From NCBI GenBank assembly GCA_964399485.1, contig CAYNQS010000007.1, positions 12,662 to 76,661 of the forward strand: a stretch of DNA of 64,000 nt, given 5' to 3'. Origin of the DNA: an uncultured Candidatus Bathyarchaeia archaeon (GTDB taxonomy: Archaea > Thermoproteota > Bathyarchaeia > Bathyarchaeales > Bathyarchaeaceae). Shown here one piece after another: positions 19,910 to 29,106 of this stretch (position 1 is its first letter; every line of letters begins with the position of its first letter). Made by a program: the position numbers and the translations under genes. The notes beneath the pieces are model-generated. The model was given only the letters and a program-made list of their open reading frames with translations, made no database searches and was not told where the DNA came from.

Positions 19910-20205
19910 CTTTCTACATCCACTAGAATTCTGCTAGCCATTCCTCTGCCTATAGCCAACCTTGAACCTCTAACGCTGACTTCTAAGGGTCCATGGAAAG
20001 GCGCTGATTTTACCACAGTTACCTTGGTGCCTGGAGTTAGACCCAAGTCGCTGAGTCTTTTGGCGAAGCGAGCGACGCTAAAATGTTTTCGCCAACCTCT
20101 TCTCGCTCTATGTCCGCAATTTCCTCTGTGCTCTGAACTGAAATCTGTAGAGGTTATGACCCCAGTTTCACCATTCCTCAACGCAGTTAATGGCAGATTC
20201 ATCAA
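19906..20205 (-). CDS. feoA: FeoA-family small protein
   Basis: 99 aa with an SH3-like FeoA pattern (..LSDLGLTPGTKVTVV..). Overlaps both the feoB start and the dtxR stop. Confidence 0.8.
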   Translation of the reverse strand: MMNLPLTALRNGETGVITSTDFSSEHRGNCGHRARRGWRKHFSVARFAKRLSDLGLTPGTKVTVVKSAPFHGPLEVSVRGSRLAIGRGMASRILVDVER

Positions 20206-20888
20206 TTCTTCACTTCTCCCCCATTCTTCTTAACGTAGATTATCGACGCCAAGTTAGGATCAATTGTACAGCTTTTTCCCTCAACAATGATTGCTAAAGA
20301 ACCTCCAGGAACTTTGTTTTCAACTTGCACCCGCTTTCCAGGTGTAAGGTTTAGTCTAGTAAGTTGTTGTAGCGTCTCAGTTCTCTCTTCAGTTATCTTT
20401 ACGATAACGCCACTGACGTTGGTGCCGAGTTTGCTGAGAGGCATGGTTTCTTCTTCAAAGATTCCTCCACAACTTGTCGGTATCGGGTTTCCGTGAGGGC
20501 ATCTTTTCGGGTGCCCTAAGGCTTTCTCTAGTGGCTTAACAATTTCTGGAGAGAGGGCGTGTTCTAGCTTGCAGGCTTGGTCGTGAACTTCGCTCCAATC
20601 CAAGTGCAAAATGTCTGTTAGCAGTCGTTCTGCGAGGCGGTGTCTCCTCAGGACACTTGAGGCGATTTTTCGTCCATTCTCGGTTAATTTTACTCCTTTG
20701 TACGGCTTATGAGTAACCAGTCCTTTCCTCTTCAGATTCTCTATGGTGTTTGTAACCGAGCCCGGAACAACGTTCAAGTTTTTGGCAAGGTCCATGGTTC
20801 TGGCAAAGCCTTCCTTCTGCTCTAAACGGTAGATTGCCTCAAGGTATTCTTCGGCTTGGTGGGTGACTGCTGTTTCTTCGGCGTTCAT
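20202..20888 (-). CDS. DtxR/IdeR-family metal-dependent repressor with a C-terminal FeoA-like domain
   Basis: EEYLEAIYRL..VTNTIENLKRKGLV..HRLAERLL..HPKRCPHGNPIP. Confidence 0.85.
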   Translation of the reverse strand: MNAEETAVTHQAEEYLEAIYRLEQKEGFARTMDLAKNLNVVPGSVTNTIENLKRKGLVTHKPYKGVKLTENGRKIASSVLRRHRLAERLLTDILHLDWSEVHDQACKLEHALSPEIVKPLEKALGHPKRCPHGNPIPTSCGGIFEEETMPLSKLGTNVSGVIVKITEERTETLQQLTRLNLTPGKRVQVENKVPGGSLAIIVEGKSCTIDPNLASIIYVKKNGGEVKN

Positions 20889-21085
20889 GAGTTAATCCGC
20901 CTGAAATTACGACCTCTCGTAGTTTTACTACAAGCAGCACCATCACAGATAAACGTTACTCTTCAAACAAAAATAAATCACTCAAAAACTATCCACTCAT
21001 CAAGCAAGCAACGCCTCAACCGAGCTGAATGTTACTGCACAAGAATTAGCGGTCACTTGTATTTGTAGCATATCAACTTTTGAAG

Positions 21086-21691
21086 TTATGATTCTTCTTG
21101 CTTGAAGTGCTTTTGGAAGACCTTATGTATTTCTTCGGGGTTTTCCAATATAACGATGCCATCCATGGCGGCTAGCTTTTTGGTGTTTTCAACATCTTCT
21201 TTTCTCACCCGTATTCTCATTTCACTGCCGTCAGGAAGTTGCGTGACTGTCACTCCCTCCTTGTAGTCGCAGGGCAGTATATAGACGGGTACAAAGCTTT
21301 TCAGAGACATTATTGTTGCGTTACATAGTAACGTGTCTGCTATTCCCGTTGCAATCTTTGCAACCGTGTTTGCCGTTGTTGGGGCAATCAGCAAAAATTC
21401 GATTTTTCCGCTCTGCAGCTGAACAGCAAGAGTGGGCACATTCGAGTTGACTTCAACCCGGACTTTGTCAAAAATTTCGTTCAAATCCTTAGCTAAACCG
21501 TAAAAATGTATTACCTGATTTCCTGCCTTCGAAAGATACACTGTTATTCTGATTTCGTCTTGATACTGCTTTTTGATCTGTTTCATAGCCTCAATTACTT
21601 CAACAAGCCGGTCTCCGCTACCTGTGATTCCCCACGCAACCCTTTTCGCTTTTTTCTGTTTCTTTTCCGTTTCCGCAGTTACAACAGCCAT
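21086..21691 (-). CDS. HFCD/AfpA-type archaeal flavoprotein
   Basis: VAWGITGSGDRL..LIAPTTANTVAKIATGIADTLL pattern. Confidence 0.7.
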   Translation of the reverse strand: MAVVTAETEKKQKKAKRVAWGITGSGDRLVEVIEAMKQIKKQYQDEIRITVYLSKAGNQVIHFYGLAKDLNEIFDKVRVEVNSNVPTLAVQLQSGKIEFLLIAPTTANTVAKIATGIADTLLCNATIMSLKSFVPVYILPCDYKEGVTVTQLPDGSEMRIRVRKEDVENTKKLAAMDGIVILENPEEIHKVFQKHFKQEES

Positions 21692-21702
21692 TTTCCATCA
21701 CT

Positions 21703-22299
21703 TCAACTCTGCTCTTTTATTTCAATTCTGTTCATGGCTTCGGCGAAGCGTTCAATGGTCTTTTTCAGGCTTCTGAAACCTTCCTTATCTTCTTTTACGC
21801 CTTCTAAGGTGTCTTTTGACCAGAAGTTTGCTCCCAGATTTGCTCCGAAGGGACCGCCACTTACGGGTATGACGCCGTTTAGGATGTAAAATGTGTGGAT
21901 TTGCTGTATTGCCAGTTCCTGTCCACCAATTCTGTCTCCCCCAACAGCAATAGCCATGCCTATTTTGTATTTGAAGACTTTGGGGTTTGCGGCTAACAGA
22001 GCTCTGCATCTATCCAATACTGCTTTTGTTTGGGCGCTGATTCCCCCGTTATAGATTGGCGTGGCTATTATTATTCCCTCAGCCTCCCTCAGCAGACTGT
22101 ACACGATTTTCATGTCATCCTGTATTATGCACTCTTTATGTTTCAGGCAGTGGTCGCAGTGGGTGCAGAATCCAAGCTTTTTACCTCTGACTGTAAAAAA
22201 CACTGAGTTAAAGCCCATCGTTTCCAGCATGTTTAGAGCTTCTCTTAAAACGTGTTCTGTTGCACCTTTCCTAGGGCTTCCACATATGCCAACAATCAT
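21703..22299 (-). CDS. Iron-sulfur flavoprotein / NADPH-dependent FMN reductase family
   Basis: MIVGICGSPRKG..CTHCDHCLKHKEC..ATPIYNGGISAQ. Confidence 0.75.
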   Translation of the reverse strand: MIVGICGSPRKGATEHVLREALNMLETMGFNSVFFTVRGKKLGFCTHCDHCLKHKECIIQDDMKIVYSLLREAEGIIIATPIYNGGISAQTKAVLDRCRALLAANPKVFKYKIGMAIAVGGDRIGGQELAIQQIHTFYILNGVIPVSGGPFGANLGANFWSKDTLEGVKEDKEGFRSLKKTIERFAEAMNRIEIKEQS

Positions 22300-22398
22300 G
22301 ATGTTTCATTTAACTTCTATATTATATAACTCAATAAATGTTACTAATCGTTCAAGAGGGGCAAGACCTAAAAGCAAGAGGCAACCGAACTAGCCCAT

Positions 22399-23250
22399 AT
22401 GGAAAAGAAGCAAGCCGCACTTATAGCAGTAGTTTGTGGCATAGCCATTTTTGGCATAAAACTCGTAGCCTATTCTATTTCTAATTCTGTGGCTTTGCTT
22501 TCTGACGCCCTAGAATCTATCGTTAACATAGCGGCTTCGGGGCTAATGTTTTTCTCGGTTTGTGTTTCAGAAAGAGCACCAGACAGCAGTCACAAGTATG
22601 GACACGAAAAAATCGAGGACATATCAAGCCTCGTAGAGGGCATCTTCATAATCATAGCTGCATTTCTCATCATCAATGCCGCCGCGGGGCGCCTATTTGA
22701 ACCCACTGAACTGTTAAAACTTGACATCGCCATTGGAGTCTCAATGTTCGCTACTGCCCTGAATGCGGGGCTCTCTTGGTTGCTAATCAAAACGGCTAAG
22801 AGTTGCGGTTCAATAGCTCTTGAGGGAGACGCGAAGCACCTGTTCTCTGATGTTATCTCAACTGCGGGCGTGTGGATAGGACTGTTTGTTGCACAGTTGA
22901 CTGGGTGGGACTTTTTGGATTCTGTCTTGGCTTTTGTTGTTGCCGCTTTGATTGTTAGAATGGGTGTTGGGCTTGTTATGAAGTCTTCAAACCGTCTGAT
23001 GGATCAATCGTGTATAGCGGAAGAAAAGAAGATAATGGAGGTCCTTGGCAGACATTCCTTCAAGTTTGTTGACTTTCATGATTTGAAAACCCGCAGACAT
23101 GGGAACCAAGTTTTTGCGGAGCTCCATCTTTCAGTTGACGAATCCCTGAGCGTTAAAGAGGCTCACGATCTCACGGATCACTTAGAAGAGGAATTGAAAC
23201 AAGAGCAACCAAACGTGAATCTGACAATTCACATTGAGCCTCCAGAATAA
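22399..23250 (+). CDS. Cation diffusion facilitator (CDF) metal efflux transporter
   Basis: Six TM segments, LLSDALESIVN and HLFSDV motifs, and a cytoplasmic C-terminal domain. Confidence 0.85.
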   Translation: MEKKQAALIAVVCGIAIFGIKLVAYSISNSVALLSDALESIVNIAASGLMFFSVCVSERAPDSSHKYGHEKIEDISSLVEGIFIIIAAFLIINAAAGRLFEPTELLKLDIAIGVSMFATALNAGLSWLLIKTAKSCGSIALEGDAKHLFSDVISTAGVWIGLFVAQLTGWDFLDSVLAFVVAALIVRMGVGLVMKSSNRLMDQSCIAEEKKIMEVLGRHSFKFVDFHDLKTRRHGNQVFAELHLSVDESLSVKEAHDLTDHLEEELKQEQPNVNLTIHIEPPE

Positions 23251-23296
23251 AATAGCAGGCAGGAAAAATCGTTTCAGCTCTTGGAACGCTTTTATG

Positions 23297-23860
23297 CTAC
23301 CAACACAAGATGTTTGCCAGCATCTTTTTGCTGACCGCCTCAGCGACCTGTTTTCCAGTTAATTTTTCTGCCAGTTTAAGGGCGAACGGAAGGGCTGTTG
23401 CGGGTCCTCTGCTTGTTATGATGTTGCCGTCAACCACAACAATGTCATGTTTGGGTTTGCCTCCGCCTGCCTCCAGTTCTTGGTCCATCCCTGGATATAT
23501 CGTGCAGGCTTTCCCTTCAAGAATGCCCGCGTCTGAGAGAACTGTGGGACCTGCGCAGATTGCGGCTACTATTTTGTTGGAGTTGAATGCCTTTTTGACT
23601 ATATCAATCACTCGTGGGTCCTTTCTGAGGTTCTTGTAGCCCGGATTCCCTCCAGGAGCTATTACTGCATCAAAATCTTCTACTTTTACGTCGTCGATGG
23701 ATTTATCTGGAACAACCTTCACTCCATGTTTGCCTTCAGTCACGTTAGGTGTCAAACCAGCAACTGTTACGTCTACACCGGCTCTTCTGAGCACATCCAC
23801 AACTGTTAATGCCTCAATTTCTTCAAATCCTGATGCAAGAAAAACTAATGCCTTAGCCAT
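23297..23860 (-). CDS. DJ-1/PfpI-family protein
   Basis: MAKALVFLASGFEEIE..VAAICAGP (nucleophile elbow Cys)..ITSRGPATA. Confidence 0.85.
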   Translation of the reverse strand: MAKALVFLASGFEEIEALTVVDVLRRAGVDVTVAGLTPNVTEGKHGVKVVPDKSIDDVKVEDFDAVIAPGGNPGYKNLRKDPRVIDIVKKAFNSNKIVAAICAGPTVLSDAGILEGKACTIYPGMDQELEAGGGKPKHDIVVVDGNIITSRGPATALPFALKLAEKLTGKQVAEAVSKKMLANILCW

Positions 23861-23877
23861 ATACACACCTCACTCAT

Positions 23878-24627
23878 TTATTGTTCTAGTTCTTTGACCA
23901 GTTTCACTATCTGTTCTATCACATACTCGTTTATTTTTTGTCCCTTCTCAGCAGTCGCTATTGTCGGGTCGCCCATAACTCCACTCGGGAAGTATCGTTC
24001 AGGGTCTGAGACAACCTCGAATCGGGGCAAATCCGGATAGCTCCTAGTTCCTTTCCCCTTTATCAGGTCTGATCGGATAGCCATCACCCTCGAAGTTTCG
24101 ATGGTACCCGCGTGGGAATCTCGGTCATCAAACTCTTTGCCTCTAAGGTCGAAGGCGAAGTCATAATCCGAGCAAACCATAATTCTGGGCCTATTCTCTT
24201 CGTTCTCGTGGTTAGTTACGACCGTTTTGGCTGCAAGTTTAAGCGCAATCATATGTGATCGACCAGCATGCCCAGTGATGATCAGCAGTCTCTTGAATCT
24301 GTTACGGATGAAGTCTTCCAGAATGTCAGTCATTATGCTCCTCAGCGAATCAAAAGTTATCGTTATTGTGCCCGGAAAGTTTCTTGTAGAACTGCAGAGA
24401 CCATACCGCAGGGGCGGCGCAACCAAGCAGCCTGTTTTTCGGGCAACACCCAACGCAACATACTCTGCCTGAAGACTGTCTGTACAAAGCGGCAGATGAA
24501 TTCCATGCTCTTCAATGCTTCCACATGGGATAATCACAACTTTTCCTTCTTCAGCCGCCTTCTCTGCTTCAGGCATACTCAACTCATCAAACCATAATGT
24601 TCTGTTTTTGTTTGAATCTGCACACAT
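23878..24627 (-). CDS. Creatininase-family amidohydrolase (possibly ArfB-type deformylase)
   Basis: ..IIPCGSIEEHGIHLPL.TD.. and ..GHAG.. patterns typical of the family. The specific role is not determinable from sequence. Confidence 0.75.
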   Translation of the reverse strand: MCADSNKNRTLWFDELSMPEAEKAAEEGKVVIIPCGSIEEHGIHLPLCTDSLQAEYVALGVARKTGCLVAPPLRYGLCSSTRNFPGTITITFDSLRSIMTDILEDFIRNRFKRLLIITGHAGRSHMIALKLAAKTVVTNHENEENRPRIMVCSDYDFAFDLRGKEFDDRDSHAGTIETSRVMAIRSDLIKGKGTRSYPDLPRFEVVSDPERYFPSGVMGDPTIATAEKGQKINEYVIEQIVKLVKELEQ

Positions 24628-24674
24628 GTTCTCTCTTTCTCCTTTTTTGTCACAGAAACTAAGTGTACACTATT

Positions 24675-25736
24675 TCAGTCTTTGATGACCTTTAAGGTTT
24701 GTTCGTAGTAGCGGGGACCATAACTTAGGGTAATTTGATGGAATACGTCGGTGTCAGTCACTACTTTCTCAAGGTTTCCCTCAACCAGCACTCTTTCACC
24801 CCGTTTCGCTTGCATTCTGAATTCTTCCATGTACGAGAATATCCGTTCGATGTCATCAACTTCTGGTCCGTCTAAAACATCTTTCACTTCAATCTGGTAG
24901 ATGGATGGAATAAACGGTGCATCCTTGTCGTCGGTTATCTCCGCCACTGCTTTAATCCAGCCTACATGGAATATTCGCGTGGATGGGGTGAATTCGTTGC
25001 AGATTTCATTCCAGTCCTTCACTGGCTCAAACTCTGCCTTAACAACTCTCCCCGCATCTTCAGAATCAAAGTATGCGTAAATCATTTTTCTCCGCTGATG
25101 CCAAACATACTCCTTCAAACTGTAATTCACGAACTTCCAATCTTTCCCCGCAACAGCCTTCATGCCTTCAAATTCATTCCGCAAAGCAGGGTCTTCCCTG
25201 TAAAGAGTTTCCAGCGCCTCGCAGAGCCTGTTTATGTTTTCCTTGCCGTAAACAATGAAATCCAAGTCCGAAAAGTTGGGATGATAAAAGCCATGCAGAA
25301 GCGAGCCGAACACCCCAAAACCTTTTTCTGTTAAGCCTGACCGGGACGAAACCCGCGAAAACAAATCCTGTAACGCCTTCAACAGAACATCATCAGGCTC
25401 TTTTGCAAGCAGCCGCTGCAACCCAACATCAGGTTTACGCAGTTCCATTATGTCGTCTTCTTTTACGCCTACCAGACACTTCTGCAACGGCTCATAGAAA
25501 ACTTTGTACTGAGGAAACCTGTTTAGAATAAGCTTCATTCCCTCGTCTGCAAAAAACTTGTAATAAATTAGCTTTTCTTCTCCTCTTCTTGCCCTAGGAT
25601 TAGTTGACCTGAAAACAGTTGGTGACGCATACTCTGGGTCACACACATAGGCGCCTGAAGGATGAATGTAACCGTAAACCCTGAAAACTATGCCGTCCTC
25701 TGTGAGTATTGCGTCACGGTCTCGCAGCTTCAGCAA
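24675..25736 (-). CDS. Uncharacterised Pol-beta-type nucleotidyltransferase, paralogue A
   Basis: FGVFGSLLHGFYHPNFSDLDFIVYG minimal NTase signature. TTG start preceded by GAGGTG. Homologous over its full length to 25889-26923 and 29107-30153. Confidence 0.6.
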   Translation of the reverse strand: MLKLRDRDAILTEDGIVFRVYGYIHPSGAYVCDPEYASPTVFRSTNPRARRGEEKLIYYKFFADEGMKLILNRFPQYKVFYEPLQKCLVGVKEDDIMELRKPDVGLQRLLAKEPDDVLLKALQDLFSRVSSRSGLTEKGFGVFGSLLHGFYHPNFSDLDFIVYGKENINRLCEALETLYREDPALRNEFEGMKAVAGKDWKFVNYSLKEYVWHQRRKMIYAYFDSEDAGRVVKAEFEPVKDWNEICNEFTPSTRIFHVGWIKAVAEITDDKDAPFIPSIYQIEVKDVLDGPEVDDIERIFSYMEEFRMQAKRGERVLVEGNLEKVVTDTDVFHQITLSYGPRYYEQTLKVIKD

Positions 25737-25888
25737 CCAAACACCTCACAACCCAGCAATCATATTAGGCTCCTAATAACAGTGCATTGTTGAAAACAGT
25801 CTTTTTTCTGTTTTTGCAGGAAAGTTGATGATCTGTTTTCCGAAAGTTTGGGTGTTGTATTGTTTTTATCTGTTGGTTGTTAACCAAA

Positions 25889-26923
25889 TCAAACAGGCTC
25901 AAGGTACTCTTTCTCTCTTGTAGCCGTGCCCACAACAACCTGATAGCTGACTTCGCCTGTTTCAACGTTTTCCACCCGCTCCAGCGTCCCCGAAACCTTG
26001 ATTCTGTCTCCCCGCCTAGCAACGTTTCTGTAGTAACCAATCATCGATAACACCCTTGCTGGAACCTGTTCCTCAGACAGTTCTGACGCTGAATCGTCTG
26101 GCTGATAGTCTCTAATCGGGTAGATTGCTGGCCTGAACATATTTTCGCTGTCATCGACAACCTCGCAACTGAAACTAACGTTCTTGACTGGCGTGTACTT
26201 CATTTTTCCGTGCTGAGCATCTATTTCCTCATATTTTCTTACAGCATTGTACACGAAACGCCTATCATTATAGCGTCCCCGATGCCTTCTTGCATAATCG
26301 ATCCTTTTGGTGCAAACATACGAGAACACGCCCCCATCAGCAAGCCTGTTAACTGCAGCTTCTAACTTCTTGAAGTTCTGGGAACCATAAATCACAAGAT
26401 CAATATCCGAATACTCAGAATGCATATCCAATCCAACAGACCCATGGATACCAAAATCTTGGAGGGGCACTTCCGATTCTGCGGAGAGAAGCAAAACCAA
26501 CTCCACAGTCTCTTGCTGTAAAGCATCTTTCTTTTCTTTTTTGAATATCGCCTGCAGGCACTCGCTCGGCAAGTAAACTCTCTCTATATGGTCAAGCGGA
26601 ACGCTTAAGACTTCTTTACCCCTGAAGGGGCAGCAATAGAGGTAATGAGGAAAGCTGCTTCGAAAAGTTTCCAGAAATTTCTGATAGTTCTGGGCTGTGT
26701 ACAGTTTTTGGGGTCTGGAGAGTTCTATGTTTCCGAGTTTCCATTTCTGCTTGAGAAAGCGTATAGGGAAATGACATGCCAAGCTGGAGGGTATGTATTT
26801 TAAGAAGGCGAAAACCCGATTGTCCGGGTGCTCATATCCAAAAACGTAGAAGATGAAGCCCTCTTTGGTGAGGAGGGTCTCGCCGTCTCTAGGAATCCAA
26901 TCTTTCGTTGCCAAACCGTTCAT
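25889..26923 (-). CDS. Uncharacterised Pol-beta-type nucleotidyltransferase, paralogue B
   Basis: [24 protein letters not shown]. The start was chosen at ATG 26923 by alignment with the paralogues; the ORF is open to TTG 26989. Confidence 0.6.
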   Translation of the reverse strand: MNGLATKDWIPRDGETLLTKEGFIFYVFGYEHPDNRVFAFLKYIPSSLACHFPIRFLKQKWKLGNIELSRPQKLYTAQNYQKFLETFRSSFPHYLYCCPFRGKEVLSVPLDHIERVYLPSECLQAIFKKEKKDALQQETVELVLLLSAESEVPLQDFGIHGSVGLDMHSEYSDIDLVIYGSQNFKKLEAAVNRLADGGVFSYVCTKRIDYARRHRGRYNDRRFVYNAVRKYEEIDAQHGKMKYTPVKNVSFSCEVVDDSENMFRPAIYPIRDYQPDDSASELSEEQVPARVLSMIGYYRNVARRGDRIKVSGTLERVENVETGEVSYQVVVGTATREKEYLEPV

Positions 26924-27050
26924 CCTCGAAGCTAAGACAGCAACCTTGCAGCCCATTATCGCCTTTAAACATTCCTGAAATGTAATCAACTAAAAAGAGA
27001 ATAGATTAGCCCACAAAATTTGTGGCATTGAAAAAGGTGGAATCATGAAT

Positions 27051-28094
27051 TTAGTTGTCGACATAGGTGGTTTCTGAGGTTACTGAGGTTCCATTTGCTG
27101 TGATGGGGTACGCTCCACACGTTTTGCACACGGTGGCGTTTTCGGGAACATTAGAATTGCATTGGGGACAGGTTCTAGCATCAGGGTCTTTGGCATAGGG
27201 TACACCAACAACTTCTCTGTAGGCTTCATAGTAAATCAGTTGCTCCTTATCCCTGATTGTGACCTTGTCTGTTTCCAGAATCTTCTTCCTTCTAGCTGCA
27301 AATTCTGAATCAGAAATCTTCTTCGCCAAATATTTGGGAAGAATCGTGGTGCCGGAACCGACTTCGATGGGGTTCTTATCTCTCCATCTGACCTCTGGCG
27401 GAAGCACATCCTCGTAAGCTTTGCGGAGAATCCATTTGCCCCAAACTTCTCCTCTCTCCTCCTGAACATTATATCTTGGGTCCATGTTCATCGCAAATTT
27501 CTGGACTTCCGGGTCCAAGTAGGGGGCTCTCACTTCGATGCCTAAGGATTTTCCAAGAGGAACCGAGGAAAACGCCATTATTTCCCACATTTTCTTTAGC
27601 ATAGCGCTCAATTTTTCTTTGTTTCCTACATGACGGTAATACATGTGATAGCCCGCGAAGAGTTCATCTGCTCCGTCTCCAGTAATCAGTTTAGTTGCGC
27701 CGTAAGATTTGGCAAATTTCAGCCCAATCGTGATGGTGATGCTGTTGCGGACCTCCATGGGATCAAAGGATTCCAAAACTTTGACGACATCTGGAATTGC
27801 TTCGAATATTTCTTTTTCATCGAAGGGGTTAATGTAATGTTCAATGTTCAGTTGCTTAGCCATCAACTTGGCATATTTCAGGTCCAGCGCGTTGGCCTGT
27901 TTGAATGCACAGGTGAAGCCTCTGATGCGAACATATTTTGATACTATAGTTGCTAGAATACTTGTGTCTATGCCTCCGGAAAAGAGCATGTCTTTTGTCA
28001 GATTTTTCTTTACGGACTTTTCAAGTAGCGCCCGCAGTTCAGCAGCGACTTTGTCCACGTTTGCTAAGATGTCTTTTTTTTCTGCAGCTCCCAT
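27051..28094 (-). CDS. Stand-alone asparagine-synthetase-like PP-loop ATPase (no glutaminase domain) with a C-terminal zinc ribbon
   Basis: LFSGGIDTSILA PP-loop, ..ITGDGADELFAGY.., and C-terminal CPQCNSNVPENATVCKTCG. ATG 28094 follows AGGTG. Confidence 0.75.
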   Translation of the reverse strand: MGAAEKKDILANVDKVAAELRALLEKSVKKNLTKDMLFSGGIDTSILATIVSKYVRIRGFTCAFKQANALDLKYAKLMAKQLNIEHYINPFDEKEIFEAIPDVVKVLESFDPMEVRNSITITIGLKFAKSYGATKLITGDGADELFAGYHMYYRHVGNKEKLSAMLKKMWEIMAFSSVPLGKSLGIEVRAPYLDPEVQKFAMNMDPRYNVQEERGEVWGKWILRKAYEDVLPPEVRWRDKNPIEVGSGTTILPKYLAKKISDSEFAARRKKILETDKVTIRDKEQLIYYEAYREVVGVPYAKDPDARTCPQCNSNVPENATVCKTCGAYPITANGTSVTSETTYVDN

Positions 28095-28344
28095 TCCATA
28101 CACCTTTATTCAATAGAACAATCAAATATTACAGTTTTATATATAAATATTTTCCTATAATTGAAGAAAACAGCGTGTAGATGAACAATAAATGAACAAA
28201 CATTCATGAAAACATTCTTTCGTTGATTGTACAATTGAATGTTTAACCCTTTTTCACCGTATCTTAGTAATCAACTAGAACAAAAGTAACTGTTAATAAA
28301 CAATTAGGATAATTATTCACACTCAGTCTAGAAAGTGAGCCATT

Positions 28345-29049
28345 ATGGAAGATCAACCATTTTGGAAAGCAAAAATAGCATTTCTATGTTACCTTGCATT
28401 GGCTGCTGGACTTCTCGTGGGAAGCATAATAGTGGCAATCATACTGCGTGGGTTGGGATTCGACTTTCGGGAATCGAGTTTTCCACTTGCCATCCTATCT
28501 CTTCCAATCACCGAAGGCATAATCCTCGGAATCACGCTTCTGTTTGCTAAATCTGAAGGTGCAAGTTTACGAAAACTTGGTTTGAAAAAACCAAGCCTCA
28601 GAACAATAGTGATTGTATCCTTTGCTGCAGTGCTTCTTCTCTTTTTAGCTGGAAGCATTTCTTTAGTTGAAGAAATTGCTCTCGGTCCAGATCCAGAAGC
28701 GGAAATTCTTGCAGAGGCTATACTGCCCAAAGACCCGTTACAATTGATTGCCCTAATTGGCATCTCATTAGCCCTAGTTGGACCAGCCGAAGAATTAGCT
28801 TTCAGAGGTTTTGTGCAGAGGGGTTTTGAAAACTCGTTTGGAAAGACAGCAGGTCTGGTGATCGCCTCTATCTTGTTTGGTCTCTTGCATGGACTAAATT
28901 CTTTACGGGCTATCCTTCCAGTAACTGTCGTCAGCCTGTTTCTGGGCTATATCTGGCAGAAAACTGACGGAAACACAGTTGCTTCAGCTTGGACCCATGG
29001 ACTGTACGACGCGATAACCATAACAATAGCGTTTTTTGCTTACGCCTAA
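28345..29049 (+). CDS. CPBP (CAAX-type) intramembrane glutamic protease family protein
   Basis: ..PAEELAFRGF.., ..FGLLHG.. and ..HGLYD.. motifs within a polytopic membrane protein. Confidence 0.8.
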   Translation: MEDQPFWKAKIAFLCYLALAAGLLVGSIIVAIILRGLGFDFRESSFPLAILSLPITEGIILGITLLFAKSEGASLRKLGLKKPSLRTIVIVSFAAVLLLFLAGSISLVEEIALGPDPEAEILAEAILPKDPLQLIALIGISLALVGPAEELAFRGFVQRGFENSFGKTAGLVIASILFGLLHGLNSLRAILPVTVVSLFLGYIWQKTDGNTVASAWTHGLYDAITITIAFFAYA

Positions 29050-29106
29050 AACAGTCAACCCAGCCTCGGTTAAGTATAATAGTGTCTTTTCGAGACTGTT
29101 GAGAGT

